DNA of 64,000 nucleotides from assembly GCA_963789265.1 (NCBI GenBank), contig CAWBKB010000006.1, positions 384,001 through 448,000 of the forward strand, given 5' to 3'. The translations under genes and the position numbers were made by a program. Below are positions 1 to 10,109 of this stretch, piece by piece. The notes beneath the pieces were generated by a model. That model was not told where the DNA came from. It saw only the letters and a list, made by a program, of their open reading frames with translations, and did not search any database. This stretch comes from an uncultured delta proteobacterium (GTDB lineage Bacteria > Desulfobacterota > Desulfomonilia > Desulfomonilales > Desulfomonilaceae). How positions within the stretch are numbered: position 1 is the stretch's first letter; every line of letters starts with the position of its first letter.

Positions 1-92
1 TCGCGCGCTTTTGGGATTATTTCCGCATCGGTAAAGCGCGCGAACGTCTTTCGAATCAGGGCCTCCGGTTTTGGTTTTGGAATTGCGTTCAC
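1..92 (-). CDS. 5' end of probable acyl-CoA dehydrogenase (runs off window)
   Basis: GTG start after GAGGA RBS, translation VNAIPKPKPEALIRKTFARFTDAEIIPKAR resembles ACAD N-terminal helix; directly downstream of etfA. Confidence 0.6.
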   Translation of the reverse strand, partial: MNAIPKPKPEALIRKTFARFTDAEIIPKAR

Positions 93-130
93 TGTTTGTC
101 CTCAGTAGGTTGGGGGAGAGAGGGCCCACA

Positions 131-1321
131 TTATCCGTGCTCTCGTACCGTGTGGGTTAGTGCGGGAAGGACCTCGAAGAGATCGCCCACAATGGCAAAA
201 TCAGCTATCTCGAAAATAGGCGCTTCAGGATTCTTGTTGATGGCCACCACATATCGGGACCCGTCCATTCCAGCCTTGTGTTGCACCGCACCCGAGACGC
301 CGCATGCAAAATAGACCTCAGGTCTAACAGTCTGGCCGGTTTGTCCGACTTGTTGTTCTTGCGGGAGAAAACCTTCTTCCACCACCACCCGTGTACCTGC
401 GACCTGTCCACCAACAGCATCGGCGAACTCGTTCAAAACCTTCATTCCTAAGTCAGAGCAAACCGGCCGGCCGCCGGCCACAATTATTTTTGCGAGCGGC
501 AAACTCACTCCCTTGTCTTCGCTCGTTACACATTCAAGGACGTTGGTGAATTCCTTGCAGTCAGCCATACTGATTTCTTCAACGCGGATTTCACCATTTC
601 TCGATTGATCGCGGTCGAGCGCTTTCATGATTCCCGGTCGCACGGTCGCAGTTTGCGGCCTGGAAAACTTCGAGACGATGGTTGCCATGATGTTTCCGCC
701 GAAAGCCGGACGTGTCTGAAGAAGTATGCGCTCTTCAGGATCTATCGATAGCCGCGTACAGTCAGCGGTTAGCCCCAGGCCAAGCCTTCGGGCTATTCTT
801 GGCGCCAGATCTCTCCCCAGATGGGTCGCGGCAATGAGCAGAATGTTTGGTTTGTGCCGCCGGACAAGTTCGCCCAGAATGTGAGTGTAAGTGCAGGTCT
901 GATAATATGAAAGAGCCGCATGTTCGACGACGACGCACCGATCGGCCCCATGCTGGATTAGCTGGCGTGCGTGATCTCGGATTCCATCTCCCAGAGCCGC
1001 GGCCACGACTTCTTCGCCGAGTTCGTCGGCAAGGGCTCGCGCACAGCCAAGAAGCTCGAACGCGGATCTGTGGAAGACATTTTCGCTCTGTTCCGCAAAA
1101 ACCCACACGCCTCGATAGTCGCTGAAATCCGGCGATTCTCGGGTCGGAATCTCGCCGGTCAGTGCCTCGAATTTGCACGATTCCAGGCACGCGCCGCACA
1201 ATGTGCATCTGTCTTCAATCCATCTCGGTTTCTTGTCTATGGCTTCCAGTGCCTGATATGGGCATGATCGCATGCAAAGGCCGCATGAATTGCATTTTTC
1301 AAGATCAATGCGGATAGCCAT
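131..1321 (-). CDS. etfA: Electron transfer flavoprotein alpha subunit with N-terminal 2[4Fe-4S] ferredoxin domain
   Basis: CxxCxxCxxxCP and second cluster motif at N-term; LTADCT, RPAFGGN, QVGQTG, GVSGAVQH ETF-alpha motifs. Confidence 0.95.
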   Translation of the reverse strand: MAIRIDLEKCNSCGLCMRSCPYQALEAIDKKPRWIEDRCTLCGACLESCKFEALTGEIPTRESPDFSDYRGVWVFAEQSENVFHRSAFELLGCARALADELGEEVVAAALGDGIRDHARQLIQHGADRCVVVEHAALSYYQTCTYTHILGELVRRHKPNILLIAATHLGRDLAPRIARRLGLGLTADCTRLSIDPEERILLQTRPAFGGNIMATIVSKFSRPQTATVRPGIMKALDRDQSRNGEIRVEEISMADCKEFTNVLECVTSEDKGVSLPLAKIIVAGGRPVCSDLGMKVLNEFADAVGGQVAGTRVVVEEGFLPQEQQVGQTGQTVRPEVYFACGVSGAVQHKAGMDGSRYVVAINKNPEAPIFEIADFAIVGDLFEVLPALTHTVREHG

Positions 1322-1322
1322 T

Positions 1323-2120
1323 TTATTCTCCGAGCCGGATCTCCTTCTCGCGAAGGGCTTTCACCAACTCTGCGGCAATGGTTGACGGAGATCCTTCCAG
1401 AAAGCGCGTATTCCGAGCTTCTTTGGGAGTGAACGTCCTGATCACTTGAGTGAGCGAGCCGGCAAACCCCAAGTCTTGGACCTTGGCGCCGATGTCCGCT
1501 GCATTCCATATCTCTATTGGGGCGCGATCTGATGTCGCTAACAGTATGCCTTGAACTGTGGGGTGACGCGGCTCGTTAAGGGACGCGAGAACGGTCAGGA
1601 GGGCGGGGGTTGGGGCTTCTATTCTTTCGCAGCCGGTCTCGATAGCGCGTTCTACAACGACTCTGCCGTCCATGACCTCCAACCGCCTCACGTATGTAAG
1701 CTGCGGAATACCGAGGAACTCAGCAACTTGCGGCCCGATTTGGGCTGTGTCGCCATCCACGGCCTGTCGCCCCGCGATGATAAGATCGAACTCGCCGATT
1801 CGCTTCAGCGCCAGCCCCAACGCGGTGGATGTTGCCCATGTATCCGCGCCCGCGAAAGCGCGATCTGTGAGCAGGATGCCTTGATCGGCTCCCATGGAAA
1901 TCGCCTCACACACGGCCTCTATCGCCTGCGGGGGGCCCATGCTCAGGGCCGTCACCTTGCCGCCTGTGCTGTCCTTGATGCTGAGAGCGGCTTCCAGGGC
2001 GTGGCGATCTTCCGGATTTATGATGCTTTCGACACCTTCTCTGAGAAGATTGCCCGTTTTCGGGTCAATTTTGACTTCGGTGGTGTTGGGCACCTGTTTG
2101 ACTAGGACGACAATATGCAT
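1323..2120 (-). CDS. etfB: Electron transfer flavoprotein beta subunit
   Basis: MHIVVLVKQVP start, DRAFAGADTWATS, GRQAVDGDTAQIGP motifs; start trimmed to ATG at 2120. Confidence 0.95.
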   Translation of the reverse strand: MHIVVLVKQVPNTTEVKIDPKTGNLLREGVESIINPEDRHALEAALSIKDSTGGKVTALSMGPPQAIEAVCEAISMGADQGILLTDRAFAGADTWATSTALGLALKRIGEFDLIIAGRQAVDGDTAQIGPQVAEFLGIPQLTYVRRLEVMDGRVVVERAIETGCERIEAPTPALLTVLASLNEPRHPTVQGILLATSDRAPIEIWNAADIGAKVQDLGFAGSLTQVIRTFTPKEARNTRFLEGSPSTIAAELVKALREKEIRLGE

Positions 2121-2250
2121 AGAGATCTCCGTCGGACCGGTGAGGTGGGCAGCGCAAAAATAGCTCCGGAACGAAGGTTTTGTCAAGTTTAACCGGATAT
2201 GAGTTTTCTCCCCCTTTCATCGAAAAGTTTTTCAGCTCGTGGCTGATGCC

Positions 2251-2288
2251 AAAAAAAACGCCATGGACACTGTCAGTCCAAGGCGTTT
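2251..2288 (-). terminator. Intrinsic terminator-like hairpin in etfB leader
   Basis: Minus strand AAACGCCTTGGAC-TGACAGT-GTCCATGGCGTTTTTTTT: stem followed by U8. Confidence 0.6.
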
Positions 2289-2669
2289 CCTCCTGGAGAA
2301 ACAAAATGTGAGGAAAAAAACAGTCAAGGCGGCGGCATGATCAAACACACAATTGCTGGCCAGCCGTTACGGTACCAATTCGGCTACAACCATTTCGTCC
2401 GGATCTGGGAACCCTTTTTAGGAAATAGCAATTAAGGTCCTGCTCAGTCCTACCGCGTGAGTTGTGCCGCCCCGAATAACTTTAATCCTTCAATCCCGTG
2501 CCCTCTTTAGATACAACATCCATGCCAAAGATAAATATCATCAAATTACAATATGTTATTCAATGGTAAAATGGCGAAAAGCTGAGGAAGTGCGAGAATC
2601 GCCCAGAGGCAGCGATATTGTGGGCGTGAAATGCACACCGGATATCCCGCCAGATCTCCGATCATTATG

Positions 2670-2790
2670 GTTTAGCCTATCAAAGGACTCTATGAGACTT
2701 TTGAGTTCCGGTCGGCGGCTGTGTTCGGCTGCATTTCCCGATTGCAGCTCTTTTTCCACTTTTTTGAGATAATCTTTAACCGCACCCAGC
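2670..2790 (-). pseudogene. N-terminal remnant of a type IIG-like restriction-modification / N6 DNA methylase
   Basis: VKDYLKKVEKELQSGNAAEHSRRPELKSLIES resembles the recalled 'YL..i......GnatEHsyRpaL..Lle' N-terminus; similarity ends after about 35 aa. Confidence 0.5.
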
Positions 2791-2859
2791 ACGTGATGAA
2801 CTCCTCTCTCTTCCAGAGATACGTCCTTATACAATATCCGAAGAGGAATTTCCTAGGAA

Positions 2860-3012
2860 TTGAGGTTCACCGCAAAAGCCGTTACCGAGGGCATTGAGGC
2901 CCACATAGGGGACGCGGTCCATGTCCCCGTATACGCCGCCGAAAAGACATTCGCAGATTGCTTCAAATATCGGAACAAGATTGGGATCGATATAGCCACC
3001 GAGGCCATGAAG
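2860..3012 (+). pseudogene. C-terminal fragment of AbiEi-family (type IV TA) antitoxin
   Basis: VPVYAAEKTFADCFKYRNKIGIDIATEAMK matches the AbiEi 'KTvADCFKyRnkiGldvalEAl' motif; N-terminus and toxin absent. Confidence 0.7.
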
Positions 3013-3110
3013 CGGAGACTACCCATCTCGCAACAACTCGCTTGGAAATCATCAGGTTGAGGGGTGGCAGCTCATCGTTGCCGGGCTGGAAGAACGGCGA
3101 GAAATACCTT

Positions 3111-3449
3111 CTATACTGCAATTCCATGGGATTCGGGAGTTTCTTCCGGTACAAAACGAACCTCCACTCTCTTGTGAAGAGCAGCGGCTATCCTTGACGC
3201 CATCAAAAGAAAGTCTTCTTCGTAATCTGCCTCTTCGATATCCGCAACGACAGAAGCACTTATACCGGCAAGGTCGGCGAGCTGTTCACGGCTGAGACCT
3301 GCTTGGTTACGGAGGTTATAGACCGCTTGCGCAATATCAGCCTTGACCCGTTCCTCTTCGTAAAGAGCAATCTCCTTCGGGTCATTACCGATATATCTGT
3401 CATAGGCCCACTGGAAAGCATCAGAACTGAGTTTCTTTTCTTCTTCCAT
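3111..3449 (-). CDS. XRE-HTH antitoxin (HigA-like)
   Basis: HTH LRNQAGLSREQLADLAGISASVVADIE; 1 nt downstream of toxin. Confidence 0.8.
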   Translation of the reverse strand: MEEEKKLSSDAFQWAYDRYIGNDPKEIALYEEERVKADIAQAVYNLRNQAGLSREQLADLAGISASVVADIEEADYEEDFLLMASRIAAALHKRVEVRFVPEETPESHGIAV

Positions 3450-3450
3450 T

Positions 3451-3825
3451 TTAGGGCTCCCAGACAAAAGTGTGGAGGATGGAATCTCTCTCGAACTCGG
3501 CTTTCCTCTCCATAGCCCGATCAATTTCCCTTGGCGGAACTTTTTGAGTTTTCTTGATCAACCCGCGAGAGATCACAACGGCGCGTCCTTCATGAAAGAA
3601 ATATAGCATCCGGTGGTTGACGTTTCCACGTTTAACTCTCAGTTCATAAATATCGTCTCTTAGGTAGGCAGCGAAAGGTCTATTGAGTTCATATTCCTGA
3701 TTTCTCAATCGTTCGATACGTTCCAAGCATTTGCGCTTATCCTTTGCCTCCAAATCATCCAGCCAGTCTATCATAGGAACTTTGCCATCGGCCTTCTTGA
3801 AGAATATGACTTGAACCTCCGGCAA
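3451..3825 (-). CDS. RelE/ParE (HigB/gp49-like) toxin
   Basis: LRDDIYELRVK..NHRMLYFF..KKTQKVPPREIDRA; toxin-first organisation. Confidence 0.85.
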   Translation of the reverse strand: MPEVQVIFFKKADGKVPMIDWLDDLEAKDKRKCLERIERLRNQEYELNRPFAAYLRDDIYELRVKRGNVNHRMLYFFHEGRAVVISRGLIKKTQKVPPREIDRAMERKAEFERDSILHTFVWEP

Positions 3826-4039
3826 TGGTTCGTCCTCCGCGAGTTTTTATCAAGGAATTCGAAAAATGGGTCAAGAGAGACTTTTTCACAAGTTTCTCCA
3901 TTTTCACTTTCTGAATTCCACAACACTCCTCTATCATTTAGGAAATTCCCGCTCCTCAATAATGTTTGAGTGGAAATACTGGAATTCCCTCTCTCCTGTG
4001 CGAATATACTATACTGATGGTGAATTCTTCAGGTAGCTA

Positions 4040-4921
4040 GTGCAAATGGATCGACCGCAAAATCTTCCGACCCGCTGGACCGTCAAAGACATCCTGGAAT
4101 GGACCGCGGGGTATTTCAAGAAAAAAGGTATAACCACTGCCCGGCTCGATGCAGAACTTCTTCTCGCTCATTGCCTGGGAGTGGATCGGCTTCACCTGTA
4201 CTTGAATCTGGAAAGACCTCTGAAGCAAGAGGAGCGAGCCCGATATCGAGAGTTGATCCGCCGCCGCGCCCTGCGGGAGCCTGTGTCTCTGATTAGAGGG
4301 ATCAAAGAGTTTTGGTCCTTGCGTCTAAAAGCTGTACCGGGAGTCCTCATACCCAGGCCCGATACGGAGGCGCTGGTAGAGGCGGTTCTGGAAGAAATCC
4401 GGCATCACCCGAATCCAAATATACTGGAAATCGGCACCGGGTCCGGGGCAATAGCAATTGCAATTGCTCTCGAAAACCGTGGCTTCCGGATCGTTGCCAC
4501 TGATATCGATACCCTAGCGCTCGAAGCCGCGCGTTTCAATGCAATCAATTTGGGCGCGGGTGCCTCCATAGATTTTCTCGCCTCGGACCTCTTCACGGCA
4601 ATCAAACCGGGAAGTAAATTCGAAGTGGTCTGTTGCAACCCGCCGTATATTCCGAGCGACGTGATCCCGACCCTGGAACCGGAGATTAATTTTGAACCTC
4701 GCAAGGCTCTGGACGGCGGCCCGGACGGCCTGGACGTTATTCGTCAACTCGCATCCCAGGCCGGGAATTACCTGGCTGAGAACGGGGCCTTGATCATTGA
4801 AATCGGATCGGAACAGGAAGCTTCGGTTCGTGAAATGTTTGAGACTCTCGGAGGTCTCCATGATATACGCACATTCCCGGACCTGTCGGGAAAGCCACGA
4901 GTCGTTAGCGGTAGACTCTGA
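4040..4921 (+). CDS. prmC: Release factor glutamine methyltransferase
   Basis: VLIPRPDTE, EIGTGSGAIA, NPPY, ALDGGPDGL motifs. Confidence 0.95.
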   Translation: MQMDRPQNLPTRWTVKDILEWTAGYFKKKGITTARLDAELLLAHCLGVDRLHLYLNLERPLKQEERARYRELIRRRALREPVSLIRGIKEFWSLRLKAVPGVLIPRPDTEALVEAVLEEIRHHPNPNILEIGTGSGAIAIAIALENRGFRIVATDIDTLALEAARFNAINLGAGASIDFLASDLFTAIKPGSKFEVVCCNPPYIPSDVIPTLEPEINFEPRKALDGGPDGLDVIRQLASQAGNYLAENGALIIEIGSEQEASVREMFETLGGLHDIRTFPDLSGKPRVVSGRL

Positions 4922-5540
4922 AACCCGCTTCGTAATCGTTGGTCTGGGAAAATTCGGGTGCATCGCGCTGGATCGCCTGAGCAGTTCATTCCCGGAGTCC
5001 CGGATCATTGTGATCGAACGGGACAATGCAAAATCCGAAGGCAAGTACCCCGACTCAATCAATTTGATCCAAGGAGACGCAGTCTCTTTCTTGCTCGATT
5101 CCCCTTTGCTCCGTGCCGAAGACCTTATAATTCCGATGGTCCCGTTCCATCTGGCGGCTGCGTACGTCTTGGCGCGGCACCCCGAGTCACGCGGAACGCC
5201 AATTCCCGAACAGGTGATAGGATTGCTCCCCAATCCTCTGCTTATCAACGAGTCCAATGTCGTTTGCAGCCGTGCGGACTTTCTGTGTCCCGACGATTGC
5301 CCGGAGGGTGAGTTATGCACTGTGACAGGCGAGCCCAGGGTACCCCTGTACGACGATCTGGGACGGCTAGAAATGCCAGGCTACAATCTACTGGTTCAGA
5401 AAAGTTTGCAGATCCTGCCGGGGGTGGGAGGTTATAAACTGGGAGATCTTCAACGGCTTGCCGAGCTTGCGGACAAAGGCCGGCTGATTATTGCCACTTC
5501 GTGCAAATGCCACGGTATTCTAACTACCATCGTTGCATGA
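4911..5540 (+). CDS. Hypothetical protein with Rossmann/TrkA-N-like N-terminus and Cys-rich C-terminus (start uncertain)
   Basis: VIVGLGKFG dinucleotide-binding motif; CPDDCPE..C, PGVGGY, TSCKCHG. Confidence 0.65.
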   Translation, partial: VDSETRFVIVGLGKFGCIALDRLSSSFPESRIIVIERDNAKSEGKYPDSINLIQGDAVSFLLDSPLLRAEDLIIPMVPFHLAAAYVLARHPESRGTPIPEQVIGLLPNPLLINESNVVCSRADFLCPDDCPEGELCTVTGEPRVPLYDDLGRLEMPGYNLLVQKSLQILPGVGGYKLGDLQRLAELADKGRLIIATSCKCHGILTTIVA

Positions 5541-5728
5541 CAAACCTTTCATGCACATTCTCCTTTAACAGGAGATTGCAAATTTCGTCAAATTAGGAAG
5601 AAGACCAAAGAGGAAGGATTTGCAGCCGAGACATTGCGAAGTTCTCAAATGCATTTCTTTAAATTGCTGGACCAAGACGGCTAGGATTTGAGCCGCTTAA
5701 CATACGCGTACCTTGGAGCGGAGAAGAG

Positions 5729-6100
5729 GTGAGATCTATGAAGACAATATTAGCGTTTCCGACAGTTCTTGTTGCGGCATTAGTCCTGGTAATGGTTCAT
5801 GCCGGCCCCACTTACGCGCAACACACATCGATAGCGGTTGCCAATGCCGGGGCCGCGGTGGACTCCGTGGTCGGGACTGGAGGACACGTACCCGCGCAAC
5901 TGGTTAGAGGAGGCCACGGCCGAGGTTTTCGTTTCGGACATCGAAGGCCGTTCTTTTTCGGCGGGATCGGTGTAGTGCCGTATTCTTACTATGGTGATGA
6001 CTACTTCTATGGATGCGGTGAGGGATGTTATCAGGAAGGCGCCAAGACCTGTGTTTGGAACGGATACAAATACAGGTGCTACGTTGAGCCGTCGTATTGA
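5729..6100 (+). CDS. Small secreted Gly/Tyr/Cys-rich hypothetical protein
   Basis: Signal peptide (hydrophobic stretch, AGPTYA), GGHGRGFRFG, C-terminal Cys residues. Confidence 0.6.
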   Translation: MRSMKTILAFPTVLVAALVLVMVHAGPTYAQHTSIAVANAGAAVDSVVGTGGHVPAQLVRGGHGRGFRFGHRRPFFFGGIGVVPYSYYGDDYFYGCGEGCYQEGAKTCVWNGYKYRCYVEPSY

Positions 6101-6284
6101 TGCTATTGATCCGGGGCATTTGTGTGGCGGACGGCGAGGAATTAGAATAACCGCGGGAGTACCGGGGACGGCGTGGAGAGACCCTCAGTTCCGGTTTTTC
6201 GGCGGCCGGTGCGGCCTATGACGATACCGCCCGGCCGGAGAAGGTCGTTCCCCGGTCTACACGCGTCCCCGGGTGAGCTTGGCA

Positions 6285-7484
6285 TCAATCTGAATTAGGT
6301 TCTTCCTTGGGTTGCGCTCGGCGTGGCAATGGAATGTTGCAAAGTTGGCGGAGTAGCCTGCTCCTTACTATAAAGAGGCCGTTCCCTTTAGGCTTTTGGG
6401 AGGTCCATAGCATCACCACAGCGTCACCTTTACCCGGCACAAAGGACATGATGCTGTGAAAGCCCGGCACACCGCCGTTTTTGCTCACGACGGAATATCC
6501 GCCGGCCTTTTTCTCAAACCAACCGGGAGTCCCGGAAAAGTCGGGATTAATTCGCCTGATCATTAGCTCAAAGGTCGCGTGATTCAGCAACGCTCCGGGT
6601 CGAAGGGCCTTGTAGAATTTCAGTAGATCCGAGAGCGTGCTTTGAAGATGACCGGATGGCATCGCGTAGGGGCCACCCTTAATCCTATGTTCTATTGGTA
6701 TGAGTTCCCCCTTTAGGGCCCTGTACCCTGTGGCCATGTTACGGTCGGCAATTCCCGAGCCTGTGTGGTCCATGTGCAATGGCCCAAAGACCGTCTTTCG
6801 CATGTAGTTCAGATACCTCATACCGCTGACGGCTTCGATGATCTTTCCCACTACCGCAAAATTGAAGTTGTTATATTCCTGGTTAGTTCCAGGTGCAAAG
6901 TCCAAGGGCACATCTTCAGCGGCTTGGAGCATTTCTAGAAAGGTCGGATACTTCCAGCCCATCTCAGGAATGCCGCTTTGATGGGCCATAAACTGTTTGA
7001 TCGTAATTGATTGCCAACTCTTAGGGAGCCTTTTCAAGTATTTGGCGGCTGGAGCATTTAGGTCCAACTTCCCTTGCTCGACGAGCAACATGGCCCCGAC
7101 AGCCGTGATAGCTTTGGAGAGCGAGCCAATATAGAAAACGGTATTCATATCCGGCGCTTCACCCGATGCGAAGGACTTTACTCCATACCCTTTCTCTACT
7201 ACTACTTGCCCGTTTCTTACGACGCCGACAACCAAACCGGGCAATTGCTTACGCCTCATGGCCGGCACGATGATACGATTGGCGGCGGCTTCAGCAAAAT
7301 TGCTCGCGTGTGGCCCCCCCGGCTTAATCCATTTCTCCTGAGCCGGAGCGGAAGTCGGTAAGAGTGTTAAAAGGAGTCCCACGAACAACACAAGTTGGAG
7401 TTTTTGGCTGTGACCCGGAGAAACGATCTCCGATCGACGTTTCATTTCAGAATAGTCCATAGTTAGGTCCTGCCTTGTTACCAT
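6285..7484 (-). CDS. Serine hydrolase, beta-lactamase class C/AmpC family, secreted
   Basis: FYIGSLSK (SxxK), EYNN (YxN), KNGGVPGF; signal peptide. Confidence 0.9.
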   Translation of the reverse strand: MVTRQDLTMDYSEMKRRSEIVSPGHSQKLQLVLFVGLLLTLLPTSAPAQEKWIKPGGPHASNFAEAAANRIIVPAMRRKQLPGLVVGVVRNGQVVVEKGYGVKSFASGEAPDMNTVFYIGSLSKAITAVGAMLLVEQGKLDLNAPAAKYLKRLPKSWQSITIKQFMAHQSGIPEMGWKYPTFLEMLQAAEDVPLDFAPGTNQEYNNFNFAVVGKIIEAVSGMRYLNYMRKTVFGPLHMDHTGSGIADRNMATGYRALKGELIPIEHRIKGGPYAMPSGHLQSTLSDLLKFYKALRPGALLNHATFELMIRRINPDFSGTPGWFEKKAGGYSVVSKNGGVPGFHSIMSFVPGKGDAVVMLWTSQKPKGNGLFIVRSRLLRQLCNIPLPRRAQPKEEPNSD

Positions 7485-7711
7485 TTAGATGCTCCTATGC
7501 ATTTCTGGGTTCAAATGGATACTAGTTGAATTTTCCTGGTCTCGGGATGACATTTGGTGCTAACTTGCCACTATCCTATTGGTCATAGGGGGTGTAGTGA
7601 AACACCCAGCCATCCGCCGCCGCCATCTTCGGTGGATGGCCTGCTTTGGTTCGATGGTGCGGGACTTCGTTGCACAATCAAGGTGGGGAAAGAGATCTCG
7701 GGAGCAATAAG

Positions 7712-8167
7712 TTGGCTACATCGTTCGTGAGTTGCGTCATGCATTACGTATTCAGCACCAAAGGGCGCAACCCTCTCTTAGTCGACCAGATGAGGACAAG
7801 CCTCTGGGCCTATATGGGGGCCATTTCACGCAATTATCGGATGAAAGCCTTGGCTGTTTGGTGGAACTGCAGACCACGTCCACATTTTGATGTCGTTACC
7901 TTCGTCGATTTCCATTGCTGATGGTATTCGACTGATCAAGGGCAATTCATCTAAGTGGGTTAATGAAACGTTCCCCTCTCCGACAGGTTTTGCTTGGCAG
8001 ACCGGATATGGAGCATTTAGTGTGAGCCGCTTGTTCATTCCGGAAACCATCGGCTATATCAATAATCAACCATCCCATCACAGAATCACAACCTTTCAAG
8101 AGGAGTACGTGTACACTTTTTGGAGAAACATGGATTGGAATACGACGTACGATATTTGTGGGGATAA
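7712..8167 (+). mobile_element. tnpA: IS200/IS605-type Y1 HUH transposase (RAYT-like), two frameshifts
   Basis: HYVFSTKGR, DHVH (HUH), KGNSSKW, FAWQTGYGAFSVS, YINNQ; frame breaks near 7858 and 8110; REP hairpins downstream. Confidence 0.85.
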
Positions 8168-8193
8168 GGTTCGTCCAGAAACCTGGCGATAAA

Positions 8194-9868
8194 GAAACTG
8201 TCTCAAAAGTCGATTTTGGGCTCACGATTCTCAACCGATTTTACTAATGAGATGTGAAAAGAGAATCGGAGAGGGAAAGGATTATGCCGCAAATCAGAGC
8301 CGACTACAAGCAGGTGTTTCTGCTTCCGCCCGCTATAGATGACTGGATAGGGCCTGATCATCCAGCGCGCTTCATAGGAGACTTTGTGGATTCCTTGGAT
8401 TTGGAGGTGCTGGGTTTTCGAGTTCCGAATGGCGAAACGGGCCGTCCTCCCTATATTACCGATCTTTTGTTGAAGGCATGGCTCTACGGCTATTTCAGCA
8501 GAATCAGGTCATCGCGCAAGCTTGAGAAGGCATGCATGGAGAACATGGGATTGATTTGGCTGACGGGTATGAATGCAGCGGATCATAATACCCTGTGGCG
8601 ATTCTGGAGGGACAACAAGAAGGTTTTCAAGGGAATATTCAAACAATCGGTTCAAGTGGCAGTCAAAGCCGAGTTGATAGGTATGGCGGTTCATGCATTG
8701 GATGGAACCAAGATCCCTGTCGGATCATCTCGGGAGAAGTTCGAGAACCAAGATCAGTTGGAGCGGATGCTTGAGAATTTGGACAAGTGCGTTGCCGACG
8801 TCATGACGGAGACAGAGAGGTGCGAGCAAGAGGAGGGCGGCGAATGGCGTCTTCCCGAAGCCCTTCAGGACGAGTTGAAACGCAAGGAGCGGATACAGAA
8901 GGCCTTGCAGGAATTGGATAAGACTGACAAGAAGGTCGTCCATCCCTGCGAGCCGGATGCCCGGTACATGAAAACCGGCGGTCTACTGAGCCCTCTTACA
9001 ATGCTCAAGCGGTGGCAGACCAACAAAGCGGCATGATTGTGGCTGAGGAAGTGGTCGACGAAGGCAATGACAATGGGCAGCTTGTTCCCATGCTGGATCG
9101 AGTTCAGGAAAATTTGGGCGCAACCGCAGAGGAAACCGTGGCGGACGCAGGATACTTCGCATCGGCTCAAATCGCGTTGGCCGAAGAGAAGGAGTACGAG
9201 GTCTTGGTCGCCAAGTCGTCGGGAGAGTCCGCTGCGGAAAAAGGCGCTCAATGGGACCCTTATCACGCTTCCCAGTTCGTCTACGACCAAGAGCGAGACG
9301 TCTGTATTTGTCCGCAAGGCGCATCGCTGAACTTTCTTCAGAAGAAAGTCACAGGAAAAAACGGAAACGAGATCCGGCGGTATCGATGCCGGGACTACTT
9401 GACGTGTCCTGAACGGTGGAAGTGCAGCAAGAGCAAGAATGGCCGTCTCATAGACATTAACATCTATCGTGACGCAGTTGAGCGTCACCGCAAGAAACGG
9501 GAGGTCCCGGAAAGCAAGACGCTACTCCGAGCCCGCAAGGTGATCATTGAGCCGGTCTTTGCATGGATAAAGAGCCACTTGGACTTTAGACGGTGGACCG
9601 TGTCCGGATTATCCAATGCGAAGGCTCAATGGTCTTTGATGTGCGCCACCTTGAATCTCAAGAAGCTCTACAGCCATTGGCTGACGGGGCGTCTGGTGCT
9701 AACCGCGGCCTAAGACATCAGGACGGAGAGTGACTCATGGCTGCCTGAGGCATACTCATAGCCGGCCCCGGCTCGTCGGAGACAAGGGAGGCCAAGGTGC
9801 GAGATTAACCGCACCCTACCACCCCGAGAGTCGTCATCGTGCCACTACAACCGTTTTGAGACACTCTC
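8194..9868 (+). mobile_element. IS1182-family insertion sequence
   Basis: TIRs GAAACTGTCTCAAAA / TTTTGAGACACTCTC; encloses transposase; flanked by halves of REP palindromes. Confidence 0.9.
8284..9713 (+). CDS. IS1182-family DDE transposase (frameshift near 8972)
   Basis: GRPPY, SSRKLEKAC, DHNTLWRF, LDGTKI, SYNAQAVAD, ADAGY, IEPVFAWIK; adding one A to ATGAAAACC joins the two ORFs. Confidence 0.9.
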
Positions 9869-10045
9869 TTTATCGCCGGGAGAGCAGGAACAACAGGCCT
9901 TTGTCGTCCCTTTAGGGACGATTGATGCCTTGGATAGGCCAGGAACGGCCCGCCGTCCCTACAGGACTGGAATATGCTTGGTTTTCGACTCCACCTGGCG
10001 ATGAATCGCCAGGCTACTATCAAATGTTCCTCCGGAACACGATTC
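9869..10045. repeat. REP cluster (CCCGGCGATGAATCGCCGGGCTACTATC / GTCCCT..GGGAC family)
   Basis: GTCCCTTTAGGGAC, GTCCCTACAGGAC, CCTGGCGATGAATCGCCAGGCTACTATC; same family at 22190-22600. Confidence 0.8.
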
Positions 10046-10109
10046 GTGCAGATCCTTATTTTTACGTCAAGGCGCATCACAGTCTTTTGGGTATGACGGC
10101 CCCACGATC

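Noticed and set aside
8968..8980. Programmed -1 frameshift in the IS1182 transposase
   Set aside because: Only A4, no clear slippery heptamer; IS1182 transposases are normally one ORF and the window has many indels
10054..10072. Type-C MITE end (CCTTATTTTTACGTCAAGG) after the REP cluster
   Set aside because: Degenerate, with no partner end or duplication found
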